Shown: one piece after another, positions 1-13,569 of the stretch
Layout: every line of letters starts with the position of its first letter
Numbering within the stretch: position 1 is the first letter of the stretch
DNA from: the human T2T-CHM13v2.0 reference genome, Homo sapiens
Length of the DNA: 64,000 nt
Assembly: GCF_009914755.1 (NCBI RefSeq)
Contig: NC_060926.1
Strand: one strand, 5' to 3'
The notes under the pieces: generated by a model
The model's input: the letters and a program-made list of their open reading frames with translations, nothing else
What the model was told of the DNA's origin: nothing
The model's database searches: none
Translations under genes and position numbers: made by a program

Positions 1-1640
1 TATTAAAGTCTTCCAGGCAAAAAAACTGTTACTAGATAAACAAAATGGAATAAAGTACACACAAAATGGTAACAGCATGGATAATTATTTAGTTTTTTGG
101 TGTATGAGGTAAATATCTTTAAAGTATAATTGATTGCTTAAACAAAAATAGAAATGTACTCTGGAACTTATATATATATATATATATATATATAATAAAA
201 AGCTATGACAATAATAGTATAAAAGCTAGGAATTGAGACACAGAAGTGCATTATTATAAGATTCTTGAACTATATTTGAATAGATATGATCTTACTTAAA
301 GGTCAAATTACTAAGATAAAGCTGTATGTTGTAAACTCTAAAGCAACCACATTAAATTAGAGTTATTGTTAGGTTAGCAGAGATTGAAAACTAACAAAAT
401 AACCTAAAAGGCACAAAAACAGGAGGAAACAGAGAGAAAAGTAGAAAACAAATAGTTGACGTATTGAAACTCACCACATCAATTATCATATATAATCATT
501 GGAGAATGACTGAAGAATAAGGTCCCAATAAATGCAGTCTACATTGAAACATACTTTTAATATAAATACACAAATAGGCTAGAAGTGAATTAACTGGGGA
601 AAAAAACACTTGTTAACACTAATCAAAAGAAAGTTGGAATGGCTCCATCAATATTAGACAAAATAGATTTTGAAGCAAGGAAAATTATCTGAGATTTTAA
701 AATCATTTTATAGCAATCAAGTGTTGGGTTATCAAGATAACATACAAATTCTGAACATGTATGCAGTTAATATAACACAATAAATAAAAAAACCTAAAGA
801 TATAGAAGACTTGAATAACAATTTCAACCAACGTGACCTGAGCTAAATGTGTAAGACATTTGATGCAACAGCAATAAAATGAATATTCAAGTCCACATAG
901 GGCATTTACAAAGTGAGAATCATATTCTAAGACAAAAGAGTTTTAGTAAATTTAAACAGATTCAACTCATACAAATAATGTTCTCTGATGACAGTAAAAT
1001 TAAATTAGAAATCATTGACAAAAGAGCTCTGAAAAATTTCCATATATTTGTAAATTAAATTATATACTAGTAAAGAACTTATGGCTCAAAAAATATTCAC
1101 AAAGAAAATTAGCATTTTCAACTAAAAATGAAAATACAACATATCAAAGGCATGGAATGCCACTAAAAAATATTTAGTGGGAAATTTATAGTATGTTACT
1201 AAAAAAAGGCAGGCCTTAAATTAATGAACTAGAAAAATACATGGAAGAAAGGAAGTAATATGAATAAGAGCCAAAATAGTTTAAACACAACCCAGAGAAA
1301 TCCTAATGAGAAAAAAATGAAAGCAAAAGCTAATTGTTTGATCAATAGAGAGGTTTCCAGTCATAATGAGAAAAATATGAGAGAAGGCACTTATTAGCAA
1401 CACCTGGATTTAGATAGGACCATAACAACAGAATCTACAGATATGAAAAATAAAGTGCTAATGTAAACAAATGTATGCCAATAAAATCAACTGATTAGGT
1501 TAAATAGACAAATTCTTTGAATGACAAACTACTATTTTTAAAATTCAGCTTGTAGTCAAATCTCCACAAACAATATTCTAGAACTAGATGGCTTCACTAG
1601 TGAGTTCTACCAAATATTTAACAAAGAATAACAAATCTGT
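1..1640 (+). mobile_element. Old LINE-1 (L1M-type) fragment: inter-ORF region and 5' part of ORF2 (endonuclease onward), decayed
   Basis: A-rich sense L1-like motifs such as aatcaaaagaaagttggaatggct...agacaaaatagattt (~620-670) and ctagatggcttcactagtgagttctaccaaatatttaa (~1585-1620); no intact frame. Confidence 0.8.
170..193. repeat. (TA)n microsatellite
   Basis: Run of about 12 TA units seen directly. Confidence 0.9.
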
Positions 1641-1677
1641 AATAAATCCTATAGTTTTGTGTGGTATTTAGAGTTTT

Positions 1678-1962
1678 CATATATATATATATTATATATA
1701 TATACACACACACATATTTATGCACACATATATTCATATATATTTCATATAAATATATACATATGAAAACTATATTTCATACCTATGTAATATGAATATA
1801 TATGAACTCTAAAGACTATTAAAAACTGTATATATACATGTCAATATATGACATATATATTCGTATATATTGAATAAATACACATAAATTATTTTCCCTG
1901 TTTGCAGATGGCATTATTCATATATTTTTTATATCATATCATATATATTTTTATATATATGA
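1678..1962. repeat. Complex (TA)/(CATA)-rich low-complexity tract containing inverted copies of the flanking L1 sequence
   Basis: Seen directly; see finding. Confidence 0.85.
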
Positions 1963-2137
1963 ATGATCATGCCATCTGCAAACAGGGAAAATTTGTCTTC
2001 CTCCTTTCCAATTTGGATGCCCTATCCTTCTTTCTCTTGCCTAATTGCTCTAGCTAGAACTTCCACTACTATGTTAAATAAAAGTGGCAAAAGTGGGTAT
2101 CATTGCCTTGTCCCAGATCTTAGAAAAAAAGCTTTCC

Positions 2138-2429
2138 GGCCGGGCGCGGTGGCTCACGCCTGTAATCCCAGGACTTTGGGAGGCCGAGAGGGGCGGATCA
2201 CGAGGTCAGGAAATCGAGACCATCCTGGCTAACAGGGTGAAACCCCGTCTCTACTTAAAATACAAAAAAAATTAGCCGGGCCTAGTGGCAGGGGCCTGTA
2301 GTCCCAGCTACTCGGGAGGCTGAGGCAGGAGAATGGCGGGAACCCAGGAGGCGGAGCTTGCCGTGAGCCAAGATCGTGCAGCTGCACTCCAGCCTGGGCG
2401 ACTGAGCGAGATTCTGTCTCAAAAAAAGG
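2138..2429 (+). mobile_element. AluY, full length, with TSD
   Basis: ggccgggcgcggtggctcacgcc start; Y-diagnostic gagaccatcctggctaaca and ggagaatggc/gcggagcttgc; TSD gaaaaaaagctttcc / gaaaaaaaactttcc. Confidence 0.95.
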
Positions 2430-3462
2430 AAAAAAAACTTTCCATTTTCCTCATTGGGTATAATGTTAGCTATGGGCTTGTCACATATGGCCTTTATTGC
2501 TTTAAGGTATATTCTTCTATACCCAATTTGTTGTGAGTTTTTATTTGAAAGGGACATTGGATATTATCAAATGCTTTTTCTGAATTTATTAAAACAATCA
2601 TATGAGTTTTTTCCCTCGATTCTCTTAATGGGATGTATCACATTTACTAATTTGCATGTGTTGAAACATCCTTGCATACCTGGGATGAATTCCATTTGAT
2701 TTTATAATTATGATCTTTTTAATGTGTTGTTGAATTTGGTTTGCTAGTATTTTATTTTGTACTTGTGCTTCTATGTTCATCAAAGGTATTGTCCTGTAAT
2801 TTTGTTGTTGTGTCTCTATCTGGTTTTGACATCAGGGTAATATCGACCTCATAGAGTACGTTTGGAATTATTTTCTCCTTTTAATTCTTTAAGAGTTTGA
2901 GAGGAATCAGTATTCGTTCTTTAAATGTTTGTAGCATTGAGATGTGAAGCCATTAGGTCCTGTGATTTTTTTGGATGAGAGAGTCTTTACTACTGATTCA
3001 ATCTTGTTACTCAATGTTGGTATGTTCAATTTTTCTATGTCCTTGTGATTTAAGCTTATTATGTTGTATATGTCCAAAAATTTAACCATTTAATCTAGAT
3101 TTTGAAATTGATTGGTATATAGTTGTTCATAATATTCTTATGATCTTTTGTATTTCTATAGTGTCTGTTGTAATGTTCCCTTTTTAATCCGTGATTTTAT
3201 TTTAATTTTCTCTTTTTTCTTAGTCTAGCTAAAGGTTTGTTAATATTATCTTTTCAGAAAATCAACTCTTTGTTGATCTTTGGGATTGTTTTTTCATCTA
3301 TTTTATTTCTGTTCTGCTCTTTATTATTTTTTCTTGTTAATTTTGTGGGGTTTTGTGGTTGTTGTTCTTGGTTTTCTAGTTCCTTGAGATGCAATCATTA
3401 ATTTCTTTGGGATATTTGTACTTTTTTGATATATTTATTTCTATAAACTTCCCTCTTAAAAC

Positions 3463-3549
3463 TTTTTTTTGTATCACAGTGGTTTTTGTATGTTGTGTTT
3501 CTATTTTTTTTTGTATCACAGTGGTTTTTGTATGTTGTGTATCTATTTT
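3463..3549. repeat. 42-bp tandem duplication inside L1
   Basis: gtatcacagtggtttttgtatgttgtgt(t/a)tctatttt at 3471 and again at 3513. Confidence 0.9.
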
Positions 3550-6500
3550 CAATTATTTTAAGGAAATTTTAAAATTTACCTTTAAAGTTCTTCATTGATT
3601 CATCTGTTGTTCAGGAGCATGTTGTTTAATATCCATAAATTTGTTTAGTTTCCAGTATTCTTCTGTTACTGATTTTGTGTTTTACCTTATTGAGGTCATA
3701 TAAGATACCTGATATAATTTAAATATTTTAAAATTTACTGACTTGTTTTGTAACTCAATATATGGACTATTCTGGAGAATTTTCTATGTGTTATTGAGAA
3801 AAATGTATATTCTGCAGCTGTTGGATGGAATGTTCTGTAATAATCTGTTAGATCCATTTGGTCTAGAGTGCAGTTTAACTGATATTTCTTTGTTGATATT
3901 TGTCTATTGCCGAAAGTGAGGTGTTGAAATCCTCTACTTTATTGTGTTATATTCAGTGTCTCCATTTAGGTCTCTTAATATTTGTTTTACATATTAAGCA
4001 TCCCAGTGTTGAGTATACATATATTTAAAATTGTTATATCCTCATGCTATACTGATTTCTTTATCATAAGATAATGGCCTAGTCTTTTTTTAAATACTTT
4101 TTTTTTGGCTTAATGTCTATTATGTCTAATATACTCCTATTCCTTTTTGTTTTCCATTTGCATGGAATACCTTTTTCTTTTCCTTCACTTTCAGCCAATA
4201 TGTATATTTTTAGGTGAAATAAATTTCTTCTAGACAACATACAGTTGGATCTTGGTTATTTTGTTTTGTCTTAACCAATTCAGCTACTTTATTTCTTCTA
4301 ATTAGAGAATGTAATTCATTTGCATTAAAGATTATTAAAAGGTAATGATTTAGTACTGCCATTTTGTTACTTGTTTTCTGGTTGTTTTGTAGGTACTTTC
4401 TTTTTCTTCTCTGCCTTTTTTTGTAGTTAAATGATTTCCTCTATGTGTATGTTTTGATTCTTCTATACCATTTATTGTGTATGCCTATTACTTGCTTTTG
4501 CTCTGTAATTACTACAAGGTTTATAAAAAATTCTTGTAGTTATAACATGTTATTTGGACCTGATAATGACAACTTTTATCACAAAGAAAAGTAAAAAATA
4601 TATATTTTTAAAATAATGCCCTTCTCTTAACCAATTATTTTAAGTATTGTCTTTAATAGTTTTGTCTTTGGTCTTCATACTTAAGATGTAATGTATATAC
4701 CACAATTATAGTATTAGCGTATATTCGTCTTTATTATGTTTACCAGTGAGTTTTATGCCTTCAGATGTTTTCTTGTTACATGTTAGCATTCTTTTCTTTC
4801 ATATTGTAAAACTCCCTTTACCATTTCTAAGATAGGACTGGTGTTGATGAACTCCTTCAGCTTTTGTTTGTCCAAGAGCCTTTATCTGTTTTTCATGCTG
4901 GAAAGATTTGCTGGGTACATTATTCTTGGAGGGCAGTTTATTTGCAGTTTGCCTTCAGCGTTTTAGATATATCATCCCACTCCCCTCTCTCTCCTGGCCT
5001 TATGTAGTTTCTGTGGAGAAGTCTGCTAAAAGCCATATTTGGGCTCCGTTGAACGTGGTATGTTTATTTTCTCTTGCTGCTATAAATATTTTTTATTGTC
5101 TTTGATTTTTGGTGACCTATGAGCTTTCTGTACTTAGCTGCTGATGTCTTCCTCCAGGTTTGGGAATTTTTCAGCCATTTATTTTCTTAAATATGCTTTC
5201 TAAGCCTTTTTCTCATCTCCTTTGGGAACTCCCGTTATGTAGAGGTTGGTATCCCATAATTCTTATAGGTCTTCTTTACTCTTTTTTTCTCTCTGCTCTG
5301 CTGATTGGGTTATTTCATATGTTCTGTCTTTGTTCTGATTCTTTCTTCTGCTTGATCAAATATACTGTTGAAGCTTTTTAATGCGTTTTTCAGATTAGAT
5401 ATTGTATTCTTCTAAAATTTCTATTTGGTTGTTTAACTTGTTTCCATTTATTTTTCAAGTTTCTCTTGTTTGTTCCTGGATTGTTTTCCACATTTTTTTA
5501 GAGTTATTCATATATTCTTGTGATTTTCTTTTGAAGTTCTTCAAAAGAATTATTCTGAAATTTGTTAGACATTCATATATCATTAACTTTTATAGGTCCG
5601 TTACTGGACCTTGGTTGGTTTCTTTTGATGATATCGTATTTCCCTTATTTTTCACCGGCCTGCATTTTCACATTGATACCTGCAAATTTGAGGAGAAAGA
5701 CACCTTTTCTAGCTTTTGCAGTCATTTTTTTCATGGTGTTCGGCTTGTACTACTTAATATTAGAACTTAATTGCTGGCTTGCTGTTCTTCCCAGGCTCGG
5801 TAAGATTTATAGTGAGAATCAGAACTTAAATGCTGCACTGAAATTACACAGTAGTGCTACTGTTGTTTCTTGCCTAGGGGAAGTTATAGTAAGAACCAGA
5901 ACTTGAATGCCGCCTTGCTATTGTTTCCTCATTGTCTGGGGAGTATTTATGCAAGTGCTGAAACTCAATTGCAAATTTTTTAGTTGTTTCTATTTTGGAG
6001 ATAGTTTCCACATGAGCAACCAGGCTTTGTGAAAAATCTGGCCAGGAATTCAGGTCTTCCTGAAGATCATGCTCCATGAAGAACTATGGCAGCTACCAGT
6101 CTTTTTAGGATGGCTGATAGGGACACAGAGCAGTCACTAAGATCCACACACCAGTTGCTGTGATCATCACTTTTTGTCCCCAGTTTATCCCAGGTGTTCC
6201 AGACCTCCAGCTCTCATAATGGTTCTTGTGGAATGAGACTTAAGTGGGCTTCTCACAAAGATTCCCAACTGGTGGGGATATTGAGCATCCACCTCCAATT
6301 TTCTTCTCCCACCTCAGAAACCTTGGGTCCAGAAAAATTATGTTAGTGTCATTATGCCTGCTTGGGAGAGAAAGTGGTGCAATTTGAAATGACAATTCCT
6401 CCTAACTAATTCTGGCTTCTCTTGATTCTGTGCTCCCAGTGGATTTCTCTTCTCTCCTGAGTTCTCATGAATTCAGGGTGGTATTCTTGTCTTTGAATAA

Positions 6501-6834
6501 TTTTGACTTTTACTTTTGTGGCAGGAAATGATGCCAGGAGATCTTCTAGAGAGTTTTAACCTTTAAGTGCTGCAATAATTTATCATCATTGATAAAACAG
6601 CTCAGGTCCACATACACCATTTGTGAGAAATGACTAGCTAATTTCTACTTTAATACTCCCAGGACCTAAAACCTAAGGATATGAAGCTGTGACATCAAAA
6701 ATCTATGCTCAATTAATATAGCACTATAATTTACTAAAAGTACATTTTATTTTGAATTGAAATGTATCTCTGTGTAAATTTTATCTATCAATCTTAATCA
6801 TATTCCCTTGAAATATCACAAAACATAACAAGGA

Positions 6835-7000
6835 TTAAAGAGTGTGGTCTCTGGTTTCAAATCTCAAGTTAACTATTTCCTGGCATTCTGACCTTAGGCA
6901 AAAATATTGAACTTGGCGCTGCCTCAATTTTGGAGTTGTTCTGGTAATTAAAAGGCATGATTAGGTAATTCATTTGGCTCAATTGGTTTATAAGCACTAT
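6835..7000. mobile_element. MIR fragment
   Basis: ctggtttcaaatctca...tgaccttaggcaaaa...gcctcaattt resembles the MIR core. Confidence 0.55.
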
Positions 7001-8379
7001 TCTCTGATTCAGATTGGTAATCAGAAGTGGGAGTTTTTTGGTAGTTTGTTTTAAGGAAAGTTTTTAATAACTATCACTTGATGGCTGGCTTAAGAAAACA
7101 ATCCTGGGATTTTTATTCTACAGCAGAGGCTGATAATCTTCATTTTCTATGGAAATGCTCTTGTTTTGCATCTCCAGAAGCATATGCAAGTGACCTTTTG
7201 CATTGAGTAGAACGACTTTTTAGAAATTGTTTGTCTAAGGTGGTAGTTGCAATGTGAGCCTGAATGGTTTCTAATTTACAATTATTGGTGTCTCCCCATT
7301 ATGTTACCTCTCCTATCTCAGATGAGCCTCCACTGGGACTTCTATGGGACACTTGCTTAGGAGGAAGCTGAGACAGCCTACATAAGTTAAGGAGCATGCT
7401 CACTATTAGAACTGGCTCAAATGACTTTCCTTGTAGACTGAACTCTGTAACCTCACCTACTGGGTTCTCACTGGGCTTTCAGAAAGGATTTGACAAATGC
7501 ATGACTGAATGAGTAAATATAAGTCAGCAACAAAGATTCTTTTTGGGAAAGAAGTAGGCCTGTGCCACGAACTACCTTAAATATTTATTATAATTTTTGT
7601 TATCTATTTAAATAAATATGGGCCTCTTGTTTTGGAACAACAAAATCATAACTGAATAATGTTGAGTTTTCCTCAGGCCAGTCAGCATCATTTATAATCC
7701 AGATTATCAGGACTAACAATTATAATATTTATGATACTTAGACTTTGTAAAGCTTAAAACACGTCTAGTTTCTCATTGGCTTTCTCCTGCTATGAGGAGA
7801 TCTCTTATTTGTCACCAAAGCATTTTCACAATAATTTTTGTTTTGTCCTGGCAAAATAACCACATGGTTGTTTGAACCATATTTCATTTTAATCCAGCTT
7901 TTCTGGTGGGTGTTTTATGAACCCATGACTATCATAGGAAATGCCACCATCTGGAAGACATTCTCCCAAATTTAAGTACAAAGTCTAAGTGAAGATTTAT
8001 TATCCCATAAATAAGTAGTTAAGTGTCTACATAGAATCTCCCTGATATGAAAGAAGTTGTTATTTATAAGCAAATCTATAAATTACATCTACTCCATTCT
8101 TCACAAATATAGCAACCCATTTGTTTCATTTACTATACCTAGATAGCTTCTTTTTGCATTTCTTGTGTGAATAGTAAAATGGATTATCTGCAGTGAAACA
8201 ATGCTTACCAGAACTTTAGCCACATACCTTTCTGGTTGCCTTGTTATATAAGAGTTGAATCACTAACCAGTTTTAAATTTCATTTAATTGTATTACTTTC
8301 CAGTCTAGATTTTAGACCTTCAAAACTGCATTGAGCTAAAGATGGCTGCTTCAGTAGTCACAACATAATTATAAATTCC

Positions 8380-8830
8380 TCAGTGTCTGGAGGAATTTGT
8401 TATAAAACTTGGTATTAGGTGATTTTGAGAATGGACTAAAGAAGTAGTCTAAATGGACTAAAGAAGTAGGTCTTGTTTTCTGATAGCATCCAAACCAAAG
8501 ACAAGGGTAATTTTATGATTAGGTACATCAATTTTTTATTTAGGAATGGTAGGTGCAGTGTAGGACGAATGCCATAATTGATAAGGAGAAGCAGTTACTT
8601 ATGTTCAGTGGAAGAAAGACATGTTTGTTCAGTTTTGTCATTGTACAATGCTAGTTTTTCGCTGTGCTCCCATATAATAATGTGTCATCCTGTTTGGTCT
8701 CAATGCATCAGAATAACAGAGTTATCTTGTCTGAGGTTAATGTTCTGTGACTTATTTCTGTTGAATATTGACCACCGTGGCCAAGCTCTTAGGGCCAGGC
8801 TTGGTACCAGCTGGAAGCTCAGAAAGTTGG
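8380..8830. mobile_element. Probable old ERV LTR fragment (family unresolved)
   Basis: Composition and motifs (gggtaattttatgattaggtacatc, tgttctgtgacttatttctgttgaat) resemble ancient LTRs; recognition is weak. Confidence 0.35.
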
Positions 8831-10419
8831 CCAAATTAGGTGGAGAAATCATAGTACTAACCTGGGGAACCGAAGTTAAGAAGAGAGCTGAGTCAATCAT
8901 GTGGCCCAAAACAAGAAACACAAACAGATTAGAAAATCTCTAGATGCCAGGAGGATTTTGACTTAACGGGAAATCAAGTGTTTTCAAACTTTTTCAGTTT
9001 TGTAAATAATTAAGAATAGGGCTTCTGGGATCTATTGCTAAATCTTTCAATGAGCCAGTGCTACTTTGAGTACCTGAGCTATCAAGAAACATACTTATTT
9101 TGTGATATGTAATCAAAATAAGACTTTCAGGTGGGAGAAAAATCTAATCCTTAAAACATCCAAGTATCTAGTCGATTTTATTTTGGGTACACATGACATC
9201 TACTATCCCAAATGTTGGGAAACAACAAATATCCATCCAAATTACAGACAAAATATCAGTTTCTCATTTAGTTACAAGGTCTACATTTGAGTGAAGTCAT
9301 GGTCCACCCTGAAATTGTGATATTTATTTAAAATATCTAGTGTCAATCACCCTTTAAACAAATTAATGCAATATTCCTACTCTTGTTTGATCTCTGGAAG
9401 AATGAAAGATAAATACGTTGGTTGATGGTTCTTGATTTTGTAACCATTTGGCAGCTAACCGAAAATGCAATCTGTGTCTATTATACTCTTCTTCTAAATC
9501 CATTCACACCCTTCAAAATGTCACAACTAATCACCCTGCATCTCCAGCCTCTGGAGAACAGAAACTTCACACCCTCAATTTCTTCAATCATAGAGCTCTG
9601 TACAGTCAAGCGTGTAATCAGCCATTTGTCATATACTTTGGAAATTTCATAGTCAAAACAAAACAAAAAAAAACCTAGACAACTAAAAGATTGTTAAAAA
9701 GAATGAAGTTTCTATTAAAATAGATTATCCCATTTTGCATGTTCTTTCAACCTCACATTTTCCCTTTCTCTATCTTAACATAGAGACACATAGTTGACAC
9801 AACTATATTCATTTGTTTTTAGCAGCACTGCTTGATCTACTTTGACATTGATGTTCGTTCATACAATCTATAGGATGGAGTAAATGACAACTGAAAATGG
9901 AACAATGACTTCAGCAGAGGGACCTTGGGCATAAATATTAGACCATATGCCAAATAAGGGTCAAACGAATAATTATTAGCTACTGACGCCTGTAAAGTTC
10001 ATGTCTGGATTTTTCAAGTCCTTAATATAATGGGATCTTAGCTGGTCAGAAAAAAATATTTTTATATCTTAATAAACTTAAGATTGAATAAAATATCTAT
10101 TAATACCAAATTCTGTATTTCTACCATTGTAATCATAAATTATACTTTAGACTTCAACTGAATTAGGTAATTAGGAAAATATAAGAGATCCTGACCTAGA
10201 CTTTTAAAGAAGGCTTCTCAAATCTGTCCATGTCTGATCCTTGTTTCCTCTGTCCCCTTAGAACTTAGGAATTACCTACTTACCTGATGTCCCAGAACAG
10301 CACATCAGTTACCCTGATGTCAATGAGGAGGTCTGATTCAGGGGTACTCCTAATCAGTCTGTCTTTCACTTCTTAGAATGTTTTTGTAGTTCTGTCTGTT
10401 ACTCACAACCTAGAAGTTG

Positions 10420-10810
10420 ACTATATGGCAATAAGGAAAACAGGATTTATTTCCTGTTCTGTATCTTGCTATCTAGATGATCTTGGGTATATCTTTCACA
10501 GTGATACAGTTGGGTCCACGGTCTGCTTTTTCTTTTCTTTAAATTGAAAATGATATAGTAGAATCAGTGATTATTCTGAAATTAGAGATGGAGGAAATGC
10601 TGTGGAACAGGAGAGTTGTAATATGAGAATTTTAGGAAAGTTTGTGTATGGTAGAAATAAAGCAGGGAAGAGTCTCTGTTTGATTTATTCTAGCAACATT
10701 TGAATTACAAATCTTAAGTGAAGGTGTATGATATCTGTATTTATCAATGCTGGAATTGTACATAGATTGAGAACCACTGGACTAGGTAAACTTTAGGATA
10801 TCTTCTGGTT
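10420..10810. mobile_element. MIR and MER5-like (hAT) fragments
   Basis: gatgatcttgggtatatc...aaattgaaaatgata (MIR-like); atctgtattt...gattgagaaccactggactag (MER5-like end). Confidence 0.45.
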
Positions 10811-10971
10811 CTCTATCCTTCTCTCTCTCTTCTTTTGGTAGTTTGTATAATTTACTTATTTTAATCTATATATTTGGTTTCTTGTTTGTAGATTTTTTTT
10901 GACAGCTAATTTTTTCGAAGGCAAGGATTTATCTTTCCTCTTTTGTACACACTAATTATATCTTGCACACT

Positions 10972-11680
10972 GCTGAGGCTCAGAGAATGATACCCAAGTA
11001 TCGTGCTTTGACATGCTGAGTACTTTAAACAGAAAGATACTGAGGCTGGGCACAGTGGCTGATGCCTATAATCTCAGCACTTTGGCAGTCCCAGGTGGGA
11101 AGATCACTTGAGCCCAGGAGTTCAAGACCAGGCTGGGCAAAGTGAGACCCTATTTCTACAAAAACAAAAAAATTAAAAATTAGCCAGGCATGATGGTGTA
11201 TGCCTGTAGTCCCAGGTACTCAGGAGGCTGAGGGAGAAGCATCACTTCTCCCACCTTTCTGTGTAAAAGCTGGCCACAAAGAAATTCTCTGACTTCCCTT
11301 GTCTAATAGTAGGTCATAGAACCTTTATTCTAGACAGAGTCCTGCCATATACCCAAGAGGAAGGAATGCCACACAGAAAGACCAAGAAAAATCTGAAAAG
11401 AGGCCTTGCTGAATGTCTTCATGTAGCCTGTCACCATTAGATCATTTACTTTTTTTCAATGGTATTCCTACATGGATGTCCATTCTTCATCAAACCTAAT
11501 CATAAAAATAGACAATTTTCTCTGGGTCTTAACTTCTGAAAGCTCCCATGTCAAGTAAAACTTTGGTTAAATACATCTGTTATGTTTTTCTCTTGTTAAC
11601 CTGTCTTTTGTTTTAGGAGTGTGAGCTGTGACTCCAATAATGGTAAGAAAAGTTTTCACACCTTTTCTATTCTTAAAACA
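10972..11680 (+). mobile_element. ERV1 solo LTR of the MER34/MER4-related group, interrupted by an Alu
   Basis: Start tgaggctcagagaatgatacccaagtatcgtgctttgacatgctgagtacttt; 3' part ctgaaagctcccatgtcaagtaaaactttggttaaatacatctgttatgtttttctcttgttaacctgtcttttg. Confidence 0.6.
11044..11247 (+). mobile_element. AluJ, 3'-truncated (no right-arm end or poly-A)
   Basis: J-type gatcacttgagcccaggagttcaagaccag; right arm stops at gcatcactt. Confidence 0.88.
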
Positions 11681-13569
11681 CTGAACACTTGATAAGATTC
11701 CTTGGAGGTCCCCTGGTGGGTTCCTCTGACAGGGAAGCAAGATTTTCCCAAGGATGAAGGATGAAAACCCTGGGAGCGGAGTATTTGCCTTTACTCTTTT
11801 CTTTTTCTATTTTCCCTAACTTGTTTATTCACTGTGAGCATCTATGTTTGTTTCTTCCCTTTTTTCTGTTTCAGCAAATGTTCAGTGTCTTCACTTGTTC
11901 TTAATTACTTAACACTTAATCTAAGGAAATAACTGATAAATTCATTAGCACTGAATTTTAAAACCTAGTAAAAAAGCAGAGTGCTAACTCTTTCATGGGG
12001 TATTTTAGCTTTCTAATGAAAAAGTATTCACACTAATTGAGAAAATGTTCCAATGGTAAGATTTCAAGTATAAGTAAGGTCAGAGGAAAGAAAGTTTTGC
12101 AAATACAGAGGTCTTGCTAAAAATTCAGAAGTGATAGGATGTAAAAAAAGGAAAAAAAAATCTGGGATATTCTAGGATAATTAACTTATTGTTAATAATA
12201 CATTTTATTTTTATTAATGAAGAGAACTTTTTATTTCCACTTCAGAAAAAACCCAAGAAACTGGAATTTGTGCCAGAAATTTTAAACTTTTAAGAGAAAT
12301 ATTAAGTGAAATTAGATCAGAATTTCGCTCAGTTTGGGCATCCTTAATAAAAATGTAATTTTAATTTTTATGAACCAAAGTTATATACGTTTAACTCCTT
12401 CAAACATGTATTTGATATCAGAAAGCAGATGTGGAGAACTACATGTGTTTAACTATTTTGAAATTGTGATGGGCAATAGCCATAAAAAATTGTATAATAT
12501 AGTATTTGTAGACATTTTCATGGCTTTTTAAAAACATTTTTATAAAATCTGCCAAATTTTATGAAATTTACATTTAAAAAGTCTAAGATTTATAAATGGT
12601 CTGTTAAAAATATTTAAGGACTTAATGTACGTAATTTATCATATTAGTTGGGTTTGAGCTCTTTGTGAACTTCAGTGGGGATGGAAAATTGAAATAGTAA
12701 AAGGAAAAATAAATGTATTGGTTCAGATATTTTAGTTACCTGTAAAATAATAATAATAGTAATCATCATCATCATCACTCCAAATGGCTTAAGCCACAAA
12801 GTAAGTTTCAGCCACTGAAATAGTAAAGACTGGGGTCAGGCTGGCCTTCATCTCAGCTGGCTTCCCTCATAGTGGCATTTGCAGGATCTATCCATGTACA
12901 TACCAATGCCCAGAAACAGAGATCTTCTAGCTTCCTCTGAACTACTGAAAAATTGCTACACTCTCCTCTGATCTCTACCTATAACCAGGGGAATATCAAA
13001 TTATCACCCACCTCTGAACCATGCACTGAATAAAATAGATGAGTTTAATTGGCTTAACAAATCAAGATTCTTGCTAAAACTAGGTAGATGTGAAGACTGG
13101 GCTGTAACTGGAAGGCATGAGACACAGATGTGGGGTAGGCAATCTCATGTCTACTACACATAGTATAGGTTTCTACTGAAGATGGCAGCTGATAGGTGGT
13201 GAGAAATGGAAGCAAAAGAAAGCAAAGCCCTGGGAAAATGGAGAAAGTGTCCTTATCTTGGTCTCTGGGCTAGAGGCTTGGGGACTCTAAAAGAAAGATT
13301 GTCTCTGAGAAGCAAGCAACATTCTTTGTCATTTTATTTCTTCTCATGATTATCTCATTTGTCACTAAAACTCATGTGCAGCCTCAATAAGGAAATTTGT
13401 CTTGGAAACACAGCCCTGAAAGTATTGTGATTATCTTCAATGTGGGTTGGTCTCACTGTAAACTAACCTATTAGGAAACAAAATGCCCTTCATTTTCATA
13501 AGACATAATCAAAGAGTGGCTTTTTATTTTGAAATAATTTTCACTTGAAAAATATTAACCATTATGATT

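Larger units (their letters stand above)
1650..6545 (-). mobile_element. Old LINE-1 (L1M/L1MA-like), antisense, covering ORF2 middle back to ORF1 and 5' region; interrupted by a TA-rich expansion and an AluY
   Basis: T-rich antisense L1 motifs: gatcatgccatctgcaaacagggaaaattt, ctagctagaacttccactactatgttaaata, ttctgcagctgttggatggaatgttctgtaa. Minus ORF 2907-3089 (KFLDIYN...IESVVKTLSSKKITGPNGFTSQCY) is ORF2-like. Confidence 0.85.
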
